Below, one piece after another: positions 28,162 to 37,851 of a stretch of DNA of 64,000 nucleotides. This stretch comes from Flavobacteriales bacterium (GTDB lineage: Bacteria > Bacteroidota > Bacteroidia > Flavobacteriales_C > GCA-002722245). The notes under the pieces were generated by a model, which did not search any database, was not told where the DNA came from, and worked only from the letters and a program-made list of their open reading frames with translations. A program made the position numbers and the translations under genes. Numbering within the stretch: the first letter of the stretch is position 1; every line of letters starts with the position of its first letter. Location of the stretch: the NCBI GenBank assembly GCA_002722245.1, contig PBLA01000007.1, positions 55,723 to 119,722 of the forward strand, written 5' to 3'.

Positions 28162-28198
28162 AAAAAAAAGCCTGTGAGATTATTCACAGGCTTTTTTT
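28162..28198. terminator. Rho-independent terminator after frr (bidirectional shape)
   Basis: aaaaaaaagcctgtga-gattat-tcacaggcttttttt has a 9-bp GC-containing stem flanked by A- and T-runs. Confidence 0.85.
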
Positions 28199-28218
28199 AA
28201 AAACTTTATAAGATAAGA

Positions 28219-28782
28219 TTATACAGTCATAATATCTTTCTCTTTGGCAGAAATGATCGCATCAACTCGAGCGACGAAACTGTTTGTTAAATCCTGCACC
28301 TTGGTTTCAGCATCTTTCTGAGCATCCTCTGGAAGACCTTCTTCTTTTAGCGCTTTAATTCCGTCATTAGCAGATTTTCTAGCGGACCTTATTCCAACCT
28401 TAGCATCTTCTCCAACTGCCTTAGCTTGCTTACTTAAATCACGTCTTCTTTCCTCAGTTAATGCGGGTATGGAAATAATGATTATATCTCCGTTATTCTG
28501 AGGATTCAATCCTAAATTTGAATCGATTATTGCTTTGGATATAGGGTCTAGCATTCCTTTTTCCCATGGCTGAACGGTTAAAGTCTTTGCATCGGGAGTA
28601 CTCACATTAGCCACCTGAGACAATGGAGTTAGAGCCCCATAGTAATCTAATTTAACACTTGATAGCATCGATGGATTTGCTTTTCCAGCTCTGATCTTAG
28701 TAAGCTCATTATCCAAACGATCAATTGACTTCTGCATCGACTCTTTGGCAGAATCTAATTCAAATTGTACTTCTTCTGTCAT
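28219..28782 (-). CDS. frr: Ribosome recycling factor
   Basis: The 187-aa protein resembles RRF over its whole length (LTEERRRDLSKQAK). It lies downstream of pyrH. Confidence 0.95.
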   Translation of the reverse strand: MTEEVQFELDSAKESMQKSIDRLDNELTKIRAGKANPSMLSSVKLDYYGALTPLSQVANVSTPDAKTLTVQPWEKGMLDPISKAIIDSNLGLNPQNNGDIIIISIPALTEERRRDLSKQAKAVGEDAKVGIRSARKSANDGIKALKEEGLPEDAQKDAETKVQDLTNSFVARVDAIISAKEKDIMTV

Positions 28783-28793
28783 TATTTTTTATT

Positions 28794-29504
28794 TTAAAAC
28801 TCAACTAACGTTCCAACTTCCTCTTTTCCAAAAATCACATCATTTAAATTACCTGGTTTATTCATATCAAATACAACAATAGGTAACTTATTTTCATTAC
28901 AAAGAGTAAAAGCCGTTAAATCCATTACATTCAATCCTTTTTCATATACTTCTGTAAACGAAATCTTATCATATTTTTTAGCGTCACTGTCTTTCTCAGG
29001 ATCAGCAGTGTAAATTCCGTCAACTCTCGTTCCCTTAAGAATGACATCAGCTCCACTTTCAATAGCTCTCAAAGTAGCAGCAGTGTCTGTTGTAAAATAT
29101 GGATTACCTGTCCCTGCACCAAAAATCACCACTCTTCCTTTTTCCAGGTGTCGGGTAGCTCTTCTTTTAATATAAGGCTCAGCAATTTGTTCCATTTTTA
29201 TTGCTGTTTGTAATCTTGTGTCCACACCTATACCTTCAAGTGCTGCTTGCAGTGCCATTCCATTAATCACCGTAGCGAGCATTCCCATGTAATCACCTTG
29301 AACTCGATCAATCCCCATTTTTTCGGCGCGCATGCCTCTGTAGATATTTCCTCCGCCAATAACAATCGCAACTTGAGCTCCTTTTTCGACAACAGTTTTA
29401 ATTTCTTCCGCATAGGCAGATAATCTTTCAGGGTCTATCCCATAATCTCCACTTCCCATCAACGCTTCCCCGCTTAACTTTAGTAAAACTCGATTATATT
29501 TCAT
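28794..29504 (-). CDS. pyrH: UMP kinase
   Basis: Motifs [17 protein letters not shown] and [12 protein letters not shown] are present. The start is set at MKYNR, trimming the 10-codon extension in the ORF track. Confidence 0.95.
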   Translation of the reverse strand: MKYNRVLLKLSGEALMGSGDYGIDPERLSAYAEEIKTVVEKGAQVAIVIGGGNIYRGMRAEKMGIDRVQGDYMGMLATVINGMALQAALEGIGVDTRLQTAIKMEQIAEPYIKRRATRHLEKGRVVIFGAGTGNPYFTTDTAATLRAIESGADVILKGTRVDGIYTADPEKDSDAKKYDKISFTEVYEKGLNVMDLTAFTLCNENKLPIVVFDMNKPGNLNDVIFGKEEVGTLVEF

Positions 29505-29667
29505 AGTTCGTTTTTTGTCGCAGAAACTCAACATGAGTTCTTTCTGATTTGTTAAATTACAAAGTTTATTTTATTTAATTAGATATGTTTTCTGTTAATG
29601 CGACCTACACATAAGATCTAGTAACAGTGAAACATTGATCAAAACTGAGTTTTTTCTCATGAGTTGC

Positions 29668-29698
29668 AAAAAAAAAGCTGCCCAAATCGGACAGCTTT
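29668..29698 (-). terminator. Rho-independent terminator after tsf
   Basis: The minus strand reads aaagctgtccgatttgggcagcttttttttt. It lies 20 nt downstream of the tsf stop. Confidence 0.8.
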
Positions 29699-29717
29699 CA
29701 TACACATTCTTTCTTTT

Positions 29718-30542
29718 TTACTTCATTGAGAATCTTTTCATCGCAACAACAGTCAAATCTTTAGAAGCCTCACCTAGGTATTGCTTAATTGATTTTTTGT
29801 TATCTTTTATAAACGCTTGGTTTAATAATGTATTCTCTTTAAAAAATTTCTTTAATTTTCCTTGAGCGATTTGATCAACCATATTTTCAGGTTTACCTTC
29901 TTGTCTTAACAACTCTTTAGCAATTTCAAGTTCTTTTTCAATCGCTTCTTGAGAAACACCAGACTCATCAATAGCTACAGGCGCCATTGCGGCAGTTTGC
30001 ATTGCACAGTCTTTCGCGTAAATTTCATCAACCTCTTCATTTAACGCAATTAAAGTAGCGATTTGATTACCAGGGTGATTGTATCCATAAACAGTCGCTC
30101 CTTCAACTACCTCAAAGTAAGAAAGCTCTAATTTTTCTCCAATAACACCTGTTTGTTCAGTAACTTTTTCAGCTACAGAAATTCCATCTATGGAAGCGGC
30201 AAGTAAATCTTGTAGATTAGTAGCCCCACTTTCAATGGCTACATTTAAGAAAGACTCTACTAATTTTACAAAATCCTCATTTTTAGCAACGAAGTCCGTT
30301 TCACAATTAAGCACCAACAAATATCCTTTGTTTCCTGAAACTTTTGCTAATGCGTATCCTTCAGAAGCCTCTCTATCAGCTCTTTTATTTGCTAATTTCT
30401 GTCCTTTTTTTCTTAAGTAATCGATTGCCGCATCAAAATCTCCATCTGATTCTTGTAATGCCTTTTTACAATCCATCATACCAGCACCAGTTTGCTTTCT
30501 TAATTTAAAAACATCTTTTGCACTAATTTCAGCAGTTGCCAT
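29718..30542 (-). CDS. tsf: Translation elongation factor Ts
   Basis: It has an N-terminal UBA-like motif (LRKQTGAGMMDCKKAL) and a dimerisation core. It lies downstream of rpsB. Confidence 0.95.
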   Translation of the reverse strand: MATAEISAKDVFKLRKQTGAGMMDCKKALQESDGDFDAAIDYLRKKGQKLANKRADREASEGYALAKVSGNKGYLLVLNCETDFVAKNEDFVKLVESFLNVAIESGATNLQDLLAASIDGISVAEKVTEQTGVIGEKLELSYFEVVEGATVYGYNHPGNQIATLIALNEEVDEIYAKDCAMQTAAMAPVAIDESGVSQEAIEKELEIAKELLRQEGKPENMVDQIAQGKLKKFFKENTLLNQAFIKDNKKSIKQYLGEASKDLTVVAMKRFSMK

Positions 30543-30571
30543 TCTGTATAATTTTTACTTCGTTATTAATT

Positions 30572-31315
30572 TTATGCTTCTTTTTCTTCAGCAACCGCTT
30601 CAGATTTTTTTGACGCCTCTTTAGAGGCTTTACGCTCACTTAATCCTTCCGCAATTGATGCACAAACCACGTCTAAGATTTTTGCTACCGAAGCAGAACT
30701 ATCATCATTTGCTGGTATCGCGAAATCAACCTCATTTGGATTTGAATTGGTATCTACGATTGCAAATGTAGGGATACCTAATTTTTTTGCTTCTGCAACT
30801 GCAATATGTTCTTTGTGAATATCAACAATGAATAAGGCCGCAGGAAGTCTATTCAAATCAGATATTGATCCAATATTCTTATTAAGCTTATCTTTTTGAC
30901 GAGATTTTGATAAACGCTCACGTTTTGAAATTTTATCAAAAGTTCCGTCTTTTTCCATTTTTTCAAGAGAATTCAACTTTCTTACGGCTTTTCTAACAGT
31001 AGCAAAGTTTGTTAACATTCCTCCTGACCATCTTTCAGTGATGTAAGGCATATTAATTTCCTCCACTTTTTGTGCAGTTAAATCCTTCGCCTGCTTTTTA
31101 GTAGCAACAAAAAGAACTTTTTTACCTGATTTTGCAATTTGGCTTAGCGCAGCAGCAGCTTCATCCAACTTCGCAACCGTCTTGTTTAAATCAATGATAT
31201 GGATCCCATTCTTTTCCATGAAAATGTATGGTGCCATATTAGGATTCCACTTTCTGGTTAAGTGTCCAAAGTGACACCCAGCCTCTAATAATTCTTTATA
31301 ATTTGCAGTAGCCAT
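30572..31315 (-). CDS. rpsB: 30S ribosomal protein S2
   Basis: S2 motifs GCHFGH and WSGGMLTNF are present, with a charged C-terminal tail. Confidence 0.95.
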   Translation of the reverse strand: MATANYKELLEAGCHFGHLTRKWNPNMAPYIFMEKNGIHIIDLNKTVAKLDEAAAALSQIAKSGKKVLFVATKKQAKDLTAQKVEEINMPYITERWSGGMLTNFATVRKAVRKLNSLEKMEKDGTFDKISKRERLSKSRQKDKLNKNIGSISDLNRLPAALFIVDIHKEHIAVAEAKKLGIPTFAIVDTNSNPNEVDFAIPANDDSSASVAKILDVVCASIAEGLSERKASKEASKKSEAVAEEKEA

Positions 31316-31348
31316 ATTCTAATAAATGCTTTAAATCTTTGTATACTA

Positions 31349-31735
31349 TTAACGCTTCGAAAATTGAAATTTCTTTCGAGCTTTCTTTTGACCTGGTTTT
31401 TTACGTTCAACCATTCTTGGATCTCTAGTCATTAAACCTTCTTTCTTTAGTGCAGGCTTGGATTCCTCATCCAACTGAACCAAAGCACGAGAAATACCTA
31501 AACGAATCGCTTCAACTTGACCTGTAAATCCTCCTCCTTTAACGTTGACAGAAACATCAAACTTCCCTTCTTGATCCGTTAAAGCAAAAGGCTGATTAAG
31601 TTTAAAAATCCACTGATCTAACGTGAAGTATTCTTTTTGATCTCTACCGTTGATGGTGATTTTCCCGCTTCCTTCCTTAAGGTAAACTCTTGCAACAGCA
31701 GATTTTCTTCTTCCGATGGTATTAACTACTTCCAT
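31349..31735 (-). CDS. rpsI: 30S ribosomal protein S9
   Basis: The 128-aa protein has [10 protein letters not shown]...GGG.TGQ and ends in KKFQFSKR. Confidence 0.95.
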   Translation of the reverse strand: MEVVNTIGRRKSAVARVYLKEGSGKITINGRDQKEYFTLDQWIFKLNQPFALTDQEGKFDVSVNVKGGGFTGQVEAIRLGISRALVQLDEESKPALKKEGLMTRDPRMVERKKPGQKKARKKFQFSKR

Positions 31736-31740
31736 TCTTC

Positions 31741-32196
31741 TTATTTAATATCGTTAATGTTAATTGCTTTAGGCTGTTGAGCTTCTTGCTTATGTTCTGC
31801 CCCAGCGTAAACAAATAGATTTTTATGTATTGCATTACCTAACTTATTCTTAGGTAACATTCCTCTTACCGCTTTTTCTACTAATGCAGTGGGATGTTTT
31901 TCTAACAACTGTTCAGCAGATAAAACTCTTTGACCACCTGGATAACCAGTGTATCTAATATATCTTTTTTCGCTCCACTTTTCTCCAGAAAGGGCTACCT
32001 TGTCTGCGTTAACAACAACTACATTGTCACCACAATCAACGTGAGGTGTAAATCCTGCTTTATGCTTTCCTCTAATCAATTTTGCAACTGTAGAAGCTAA
32101 TCGTCCTAGTGTTTGTCCTTCTGCGTCAACAAGCAACCACTCTTTGTTCACTGTTCCCGCATTCTCCGAAATTGTTTTATAACTTAATGTATCCAC
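31741..32196 (-). CDS. rplM: 50S ribosomal protein L13
   Basis: The N-terminus MDTLSYKT...[16 protein letters not shown] matches L13. The start codon is GTG, and the conserved L13 N-terminus begins exactly there. Confidence 0.95.
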   Translation of the reverse strand: MDTLSYKTISENAGTVNKEWLLVDAEGQTLGRLASTVAKLIRGKHKAGFTPHVDCGDNVVVVNADKVALSGEKWSEKRYIRYTGYPGGQRVLSAEQLLEKHPTALVEKAVRGMLPKNKLGNAIHKNLFVYAGAEHKQEAQQPKAININDIK

Positions 32197-32242
32197 TGTA
32201 TACCGTTTTTAAAATCTCTGCACTTTGCAGAAAAATGGGCGA

Positions 32243-32250
32243 CAAAAGTA
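32243..32250 (-). promoter_or_regulatory. -7 box TACTTTTG for the rplM-rpsI-rpsB-tsf operon
   Basis: This is a perfect TAnnTTTG 46 nt before the GTG start. The leader contains the TCTGCA/TGCAGA hairpin at 32217-32231. Confidence 0.45.
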
Positions 32251-32422
32251 CGAGTTAAATTTTAACCATACAAATTATTAACACTTTATTTGTTGAAATT
32301 TAGTTACCGCTTTTTATATACGGGTGAATCACATTCCTTTTATCTCTTTTTCCAATCATGAAAAGTTCCCTAAATGAATTCACATGAATATGGTTTACTC
32401 TTTAATATGTACTAGAATTACC

Positions 32423-32430
32423 TATTTTTA
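32423..32430 (+). promoter_or_regulatory. -7-like box TATTTTTA upstream of purD
   Basis: It lies 20 nt before the ATG at 32451. Confidence 0.3.
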
Positions 32431-32450
32431 CACTTACAAAATTCAAGGAT

Positions 32451-33737
32451 ATGAATGTATTAGTAATTGGATCAGGCGGAAGAGAACATGCCATAAGTTG
32501 GAAATTAGCTCAAAGTAAAAAACTTTCTAACCTATATGTTGCTCCTGGAAATGCAGGAACGAAGGAAGTTGCCACAAATATTGATGTTGGTGTTAATGAT
32601 TTTGAAGGATTAAAGAATGCTGTATTGAAGCATACTATTGACCTTGTTATTGTTGGACCTGAAGATCCTTTGGTAAATGGCTTAGTTGATTTCTTTTTAA
32701 AGGACGATCAAACTGCACATATTCCAGTGATAGGGCCACAAGCTGAAGCAGCGCAATTAGAGGGCTCGAAAGAATTTTCCAAACGATTTATGCAACGAAA
32801 TAATGTACCTACAGCAGGTTATGAATCTTTTACCAAGGACAACTTAGAGGAAGGGTATAAATATTTGGAATCATTGCAACCTCCTTTTGTACTGAAAGCT
32901 GATGGACTAGCTGCGGGAAAAGGAGTGGTTATTTTGGAGGATTTAAATGCTGCAAAATCTGAATTAAAAGCAATGTTGGCAGATGCAAAGTTTGGAGATG
33001 CTTCCAAAAAAGTTGTCATTGAAGAATTTATGAGCGGAATAGAACTATCAGTTTTTGTGATTACTGACGGTAAGGATTACGTGATTCTTCCTGAAGCAAA
33101 AGATTATAAGCGAATAGGCGAAGGTGACACAGGGCTGAATACTGGAGGTATGGGTGCTATTTCTCCTGTTCCATTTGCAGATGAAATATTCATGAAGAGG
33201 GTTGAAGAAGAGGTCGTTATTCCTACAATTGAGGGATTTAAAAAAGAAAACCTCCCTTATAAAGGGTTTCTTTTTATTGGACTTATGAATGAAAACGGTA
33301 CACCTCGAGTAGTTGAATACAATGTAAGAATGGGTGACCCAGAGACCGAGGTTGTTATGCCTCGTTTGAAATCAGATTTATTGGAAATCATGCAAGCTGT
33401 GGGCGATGAATGTTTGGGTGACATTACAGTAGAATTCGAAAACAAAACTGCAACTACAGTAATTATGGTTTCAGGAGGGTATCCGGAGGCGTATGATAAA
33501 GGACATGAAATATCTGGTTTAGACAAAACTGAAGGCTCTATTATTTTCCATGCTGGAACAAAAGAGGATAATGGTAAAGTTGTAACTAACGGTGGACGCG
33601 TTATTGCAGTAACCTCATACGGCGCTGATTTTAATGAAGCACTTCAGAAAAGCTATAAGAATACCGCCATTATTGACTGGGAAAGAAAGTATTTTCGATC
33701 CGATCTTGGATTTGATCTTCAAGAATATTTGAATTAA
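32451..33737 (+). CDS. purD: Phosphoribosylamine--glycine ligase
   Basis: The N-terminus is MNVLVIGSGGREHA. It has an ATP-grasp core and the segment EYNVRMGDPE. Confidence 0.95.
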   Translation: MNVLVIGSGGREHAISWKLAQSKKLSNLYVAPGNAGTKEVATNIDVGVNDFEGLKNAVLKHTIDLVIVGPEDPLVNGLVDFFLKDDQTAHIPVIGPQAEAAQLEGSKEFSKRFMQRNNVPTAGYESFTKDNLEEGYKYLESLQPPFVLKADGLAAGKGVVILEDLNAAKSELKAMLADAKFGDASKKVVIEEFMSGIELSVFVITDGKDYVILPEAKDYKRIGEGDTGLNTGGMGAISPVPFADEIFMKRVEEEVVIPTIEGFKKENLPYKGFLFIGLMNENGTPRVVEYNVRMGDPETEVVMPRLKSDLLEIMQAVGDECLGDITVEFENKTATTVIMVSGGYPEAYDKGHEISGLDKTEGSIIFHAGTKEDNGKVVTNGGRVIAVTSYGADFNEALQKSYKNTAIIDWERKYFRSDLGFDLQEYLN

Positions 33738-33770
33738 AAAAAACGCTCGTTAAAACGAGCGTTTTTTTTT
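33736..33770. terminator. Rho-independent terminator after purD (bidirectional shape)
   Basis: aaaaaaaacgctcgt-taaa-acgagcgttttttttt begins at the purD stop codon. Confidence 0.85.
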
Positions 33771-33830
33771 GCTTTTTTATTCTTTCCTTGTTTATTGACT
33801 AAAAACCCTCAATATAACGGAACTTCTAAT

Positions 33831-34964
33831 TTAAAACTCTATTCGAAAGGTTGTCCCCTTTCCTAATTCAGAAGATTTTACATAAATTTTCCCATTGTGC
33901 TGTTCCTCAATAATTCTCTTAACAAGAGACAAGCCCAAGCCCCACCCTCTCTTTTTTGAGGTGAATCCCGGCTTAAATACTTTAGTGAAATCTTGTTTGG
34001 AAATCCCCTTACCAGTGTCTGATAAATCAATAAAAATCCGGTCACCTTCTTGCGAAAGAATTATTGCGAAACTCCCTTTTCCATCCATAGCATCAACCGC
34101 GTTTTTTGTAAGGTTTTCAATCACCCATTCAAAAAGAGGAGCACATAATTTAGTGGTTATCTCTTCACTTCCCTGAATAGATATTTCTACCTTATCTGAG
34201 ATTCTTGATCGAAGATAAAGCATCGTTCGATCAATCGTCTTTTTAATGGACAGCTGTTCAAAATTTGGCTCAGAGCCAATTTTACTAAATCGATCGGTAA
34301 CCGTTTCAAGTCGTGCAACATCTTTCGCAATTTCACTTACAACAGAGGGATCCAGTTCCGAGGTCTTAAGGTATTCTATCCAACCTATAAGTGCAGATAA
34401 TGGGGTTCCCAGCTGATGAGCTGTTTCCTTAGACATGCCTACCCAAACTTGATTTTGTTCGGCATTCCTTGAACTTGAGAATGCAAAATAACTAATGATG
34501 ATGAACAAGCTAATAATAGAAAGCTGCATGTATGGATAATAGGCTAATAAATCAATTAGTACTGAATGTTCAAAGTAGATATACTGCTTTTGGCTTCCAA
34601 AAACAGGAATCTCAATAGGCGCTCTACTGGCCTTCATGTTTTCCAACTGTTCTTTTAAATACCCAGGATCCTCTGTCGCTTTTAAAGAATCTAAATTTCG
34701 CCAAGTCAATACTTGACCTTCAGCATTTGCTAGAATCACTGGAACCGTGGTATTCCCTACAATGATTTTATGAAAAAAAGAAATGTCTCCTTGAGCGGAA
34801 ATTGATCGCTGAGTTGCCTCTGCAACAAGCTCCATTTTTTTTCGCTCCTCATTCGCTAGTCGCTCTACGATTGAGTTGGTATAAAACAAAGAAGCAAGGG
34901 CAATAAGAAGAGCTCCTAATAATAGTAACACTTTCCAAATTTGCTTTTTTGTGTAGATATTCAT
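33831..34964 (-). CDS. Sensor histidine kinase (orphan, no adjacent regulator)
   Basis: Two TM helices flank a roughly 120-aa external domain. The H-box is ETAHQLGTPLSAL and the HATPase motifs are NLTKNAVDA, DTGKGI and GWGLGLS. It starts 3 nt after the AsmA-family gene. Confidence 0.85.
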   Translation of the reverse strand: MNIYTKKQIWKVLLLLGALLIALASLFYTNSIVERLANEERKKMELVAEATQRSISAQGDISFFHKIIVGNTTVPVILANAEGQVLTWRNLDSLKATEDPGYLKEQLENMKASRAPIEIPVFGSQKQYIYFEHSVLIDLLAYYPYMQLSIISLFIIISYFAFSSSRNAEQNQVWVGMSKETAHQLGTPLSALIGWIEYLKTSELDPSVVSEIAKDVARLETVTDRFSKIGSEPNFEQLSIKKTIDRTMLYLRSRISDKVEISIQGSEEITTKLCAPLFEWVIENLTKNAVDAMDGKGSFAIILSQEGDRIFIDLSDTGKGISKQDFTKVFKPGFTSKKRGWGLGLSLVKRIIEEQHNGKIYVKSSELGKGTTFRIEF

Positions 34965-34967
34965 GGC

Positions 34968-37562
34968 TTAATCTTCGTCTTCTTCATCCTCTTCCTCCTC
35001 TTCCTCCTCTTCCTCTTCTTCTTCATCCCAAATTAATTCTTGGGTAATGTTGGTTCGCTCCTCATTCAAATCCTCTTCTTCCTCTTTTAATTTTTCTGCT
35101 TTATTGTTTCGCTCTTTCGGTTTTATAATATTTTTTATTTCCTCTTTTAATACTTTTCCAATTTCTTGTCTTTCTTTTTTCCAAGTTTCTTTAACGAGTT
35201 GACGTTTTGACTTTACATCGTAACTAAACTTTGGATCATCAATATTCCCTCGCATTCTTAGAGGAAGAGTGGCGGTTTTATCATTGTTTTCAACCACACC
35301 AAATTCTGCATCAATTTTATTTTCTTTTTTGGCTTTGAAAATTTCGTTGTGTTTTATTTTTAATAAGTAGTTAATATCCTGATCGAACGTATGTGTCCCT
35401 TCAATATCTAGATTGATATCCGATGATCGGATGGCCATTTCTGGAATATATATTGTTCCTTGATTAATTTTGATGTCATTTTTAAGTGTAGAGAACTTAA
35501 GATGAGATAAATTAAAATTCAATTTCAAGTCATCATTCAAAAATTCTTGAAGCTCAATCAATGGTTCAAACTGAACTAACTCTCCATTCTTAATATTAAT
35601 GGTATTTTCACTAAATAATTTATTTTCTTTTATGTTTAACCCTTTATCAGATTCTATCCTAAGATTAGAGGTCATAGAAACTACTCCTTTCACATGATGA
35701 TCCAAAAGCACATCTTGTCCAAAATTCTCAAATTGAATAAATGCTTTCTTAGCATTAATGTCTTTAAGAATAGTTTGAGAAGAGAAGAGATTAATCTTTG
35801 GGTTTTGAGTGTTTATGAATCCTTTAAATTTCGCAACACCATCGCATGTATTTAATGTCAATTTTTTGAACAAAAGCACTTGATCCTTTAGTTCGATCTC
35901 ACCCAGTATATCCTCTCCCTTAAATTTTCTAAATGAAAACTCATCCATTTTCAAATTAGCACGCATCACAATTGATTGAGGCAAATTAAAATTGTATTCC
36001 TCAGTACTAGAGGAGGCATCGCGCTCTCCTACAAATTCCTCCAATACCATTTTATCCATCTCTAGATTCGCATCAAAGGTTATTGGCTCGTTCGCTAATA
36101 TGGTTTTCAAATAATTGGTTATTTGACCATTCATTTTAAAACTACTGGATTGAATTGTTCCTTTGAAATCCTCAAACTTGAGGTCTTTATCACTAAAATT
36201 CATTGTTCCATTTGATAAATCAATTGGGAAATCAAAATCCACAGGTTGTGCAATGACATTTTCTAATGACAACACACCCTTTGATGAAAACTCATCAAGC
36301 GCATTTAATTTATTCTCTACAAACACATCAATCAATCTTCCTCTTACCTGCATGTCCACACTCATGTTTCCTTGGATAAAAGAAAAATCATCTTTGAGCA
36401 CATCCTCATAAATTTGAGATAAATCAAACTCCGATTGAAGGTTCGCTTTAATTAATGGCCGCTCAAAATGACTTAATTCTCCTGACCCTGAAATTCTAAC
36501 GCCTTTCCAATCTAAACTAAAATTAGATGCGTTGATTTTTGCTCCTCGTGTATTTTTTAATGTTGGCTGACTGTAATCTCCTTGAGCATGTTTAACTTTA
36601 ATTTTAGTATCTCCATTAGCATACGTGACATTATTTAACGCATAAGCTACTGTTAAAGGAGGCCATTTATTGGATTTTTCTCCCTTAATTTCACCTTTTG
36701 CTGTAATGGTTCCATTTACAGATTTTAATTGATCATCTTTAAAATTTGATGGCAGGAGTTTAACGAGATCCTCTATATTATGATTTTCAAACTTAAATGC
36801 GATGTCCCACCATTCGCTTTGTTTTTTAGTTTGAATCAGCCCAACAAAAGAGAAGGCATCATTGTTCAGTATTCCATCATAATTTATAGTGAACTTTTTC
36901 TTCCTCAGAGTAATTCCTAACTCTCCATCAAGAACAAATGATTGTGTTAATTCAAATTCATCTATTTTTAAAGAGTGTACATCGGTAATAACTCGAGCAT
37001 TAAGCGCGAATGAATCCTTTAACATAGCGGGTTGAAGGTCTGCTTCTTTCACATTAAGTTCATACCCCTGATGTTCTTTATCATCAAAGTACCCCACTTG
37101 AACATCACTGATAAGAATTGCATCAATCATAAAACGAGCGGAAGATTTTAAAGTGTCTTCGGAGGACTTTAATATGTCATAATTGGGCAATCCTTTTTGA
37201 TTATACATTATGTTGACTTCACCCTCTTCTAAAACAATTTGATGTACGCTAAAATCTCCATGAATCACAGAGAATAAATCAAATACGAGGTGTATTCGTT
37301 GTAAATCAAGTAAGGGTTTATCCCCTTTTTCAAAACTGTAGGTTTTAACATGATTTAAACTCACTGATACATTGGGGAAATGTTCAAATAAGTCATATTC
37401 AATAGAACCTACATCTACAGGCTTGGTAAGTTGACTTCCTAATTCGACTTTTACATAATCAAGCAATTCCTTTTCATATTGAATGGCAATAATGGTCAAT
37501 GTACCTAGCAGCAATGACCCGGTAACCAAAATGACTATGAATATGCGCTTAATTGTTTTCAC
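34968..37562 (-). CDS. AsmA-family envelope protein with poly-acidic C-terminal tail
   Basis: A single N-terminal anchor is followed by about 800 aa of beta-rich sequence typical of AsmA/TamB-like proteins. The tail reads DEEEEEEEEEEEEDEEDED. The start codon is GTG. Confidence 0.6.
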   Translation of the reverse strand: MKTIKRIFIVILVTGSLLLGTLTIIAIQYEKELLDYVKVELGSQLTKPVDVGSIEYDLFEHFPNVSVSLNHVKTYSFEKGDKPLLDLQRIHLVFDLFSVIHGDFSVHQIVLEEGEVNIMYNQKGLPNYDILKSSEDTLKSSARFMIDAILISDVQVGYFDDKEHQGYELNVKEADLQPAMLKDSFALNARVITDVHSLKIDEFELTQSFVLDGELGITLRKKKFTINYDGILNNDAFSFVGLIQTKKQSEWWDIAFKFENHNIEDLVKLLPSNFKDDQLKSVNGTITAKGEIKGEKSNKWPPLTVAYALNNVTYANGDTKIKVKHAQGDYSQPTLKNTRGAKINASNFSLDWKGVRISGSGELSHFERPLIKANLQSEFDLSQIYEDVLKDDFSFIQGNMSVDMQVRGRLIDVFVENKLNALDEFSSKGVLSLENVIAQPVDFDFPIDLSNGTMNFSDKDLKFEDFKGTIQSSSFKMNGQITNYLKTILANEPITFDANLEMDKMVLEEFVGERDASSSTEEYNFNLPQSIVMRANLKMDEFSFRKFKGEDILGEIELKDQVLLFKKLTLNTCDGVAKFKGFINTQNPKINLFSSQTILKDINAKKAFIQFENFGQDVLLDHHVKGVVSMTSNLRIESDKGLNIKENKLFSENTINIKNGELVQFEPLIELQEFLNDDLKLNFNLSHLKFSTLKNDIKINQGTIYIPEMAIRSSDINLDIEGTHTFDQDINYLLKIKHNEIFKAKKENKIDAEFGVVENNDKTATLPLRMRGNIDDPKFSYDVKSKRQLVKETWKKERQEIGKVLKEEIKNIIKPKERNNKAEKLKEEEEDLNEERTNITQELIWDEEEEEEEEEEEEDEEDED
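34971..35027 (-). repeat. (GAR)n tract of 19 Asp/Glu codons, including 12 consecutive Glu codons, at the 3' end of the AsmA-family gene
   Basis: The plus strand reads atcttcgtcttcttcatcctcttcctcctcttcctcctcttcctcttcttcttcatc, a pure YTC triplet run that encodes DEEEEEEEEEEEEDEEDED. Confidence 0.9.
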
Positions 37563-37851
37563 TCTACACTAATTTATTATTTTCAATGACTTCTACAATT
37601 CTCACCGAGGAGTACTTTTTCAATGTTAATTGTTCATTGATGTTTAACACATTCTATCAATACGTTATTTTTAACAACGAAGGTCTTGAAAATATATTAT
37701 AACTTACTTGTAATTAACTAGTTATGAAAACGGCACATAAATTGATGTTCATAAAGTCAATTTATTACATTTTTTTTGAGTTTATGCTTAACAATTTTTG
37801 AGATAAAACGTAACTTAATTAGTGCATTTGATTAAAAAAACAGGAAGGTAA

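Noticed and set aside
29505-29717. A repeated AACTCA motif and small hairpins in the 183-nt region upstream of pyrH, considered as a possible attenuator.
   Set aside because: The stems are only 6 bp and AT-rich, no U-tract follows them, and I know of no established pyrH leader element. This is not supportable without comparative data.
37715-37724. A perfect 10-bp palindrome, TAACTAGTTA, in the AsmA/rpoN divergent region.
   Set aside because: Dozens of 10-bp palindromes are expected by chance in 64 kb of AT-rich DNA. There is no second copy and no flanking symmetry.
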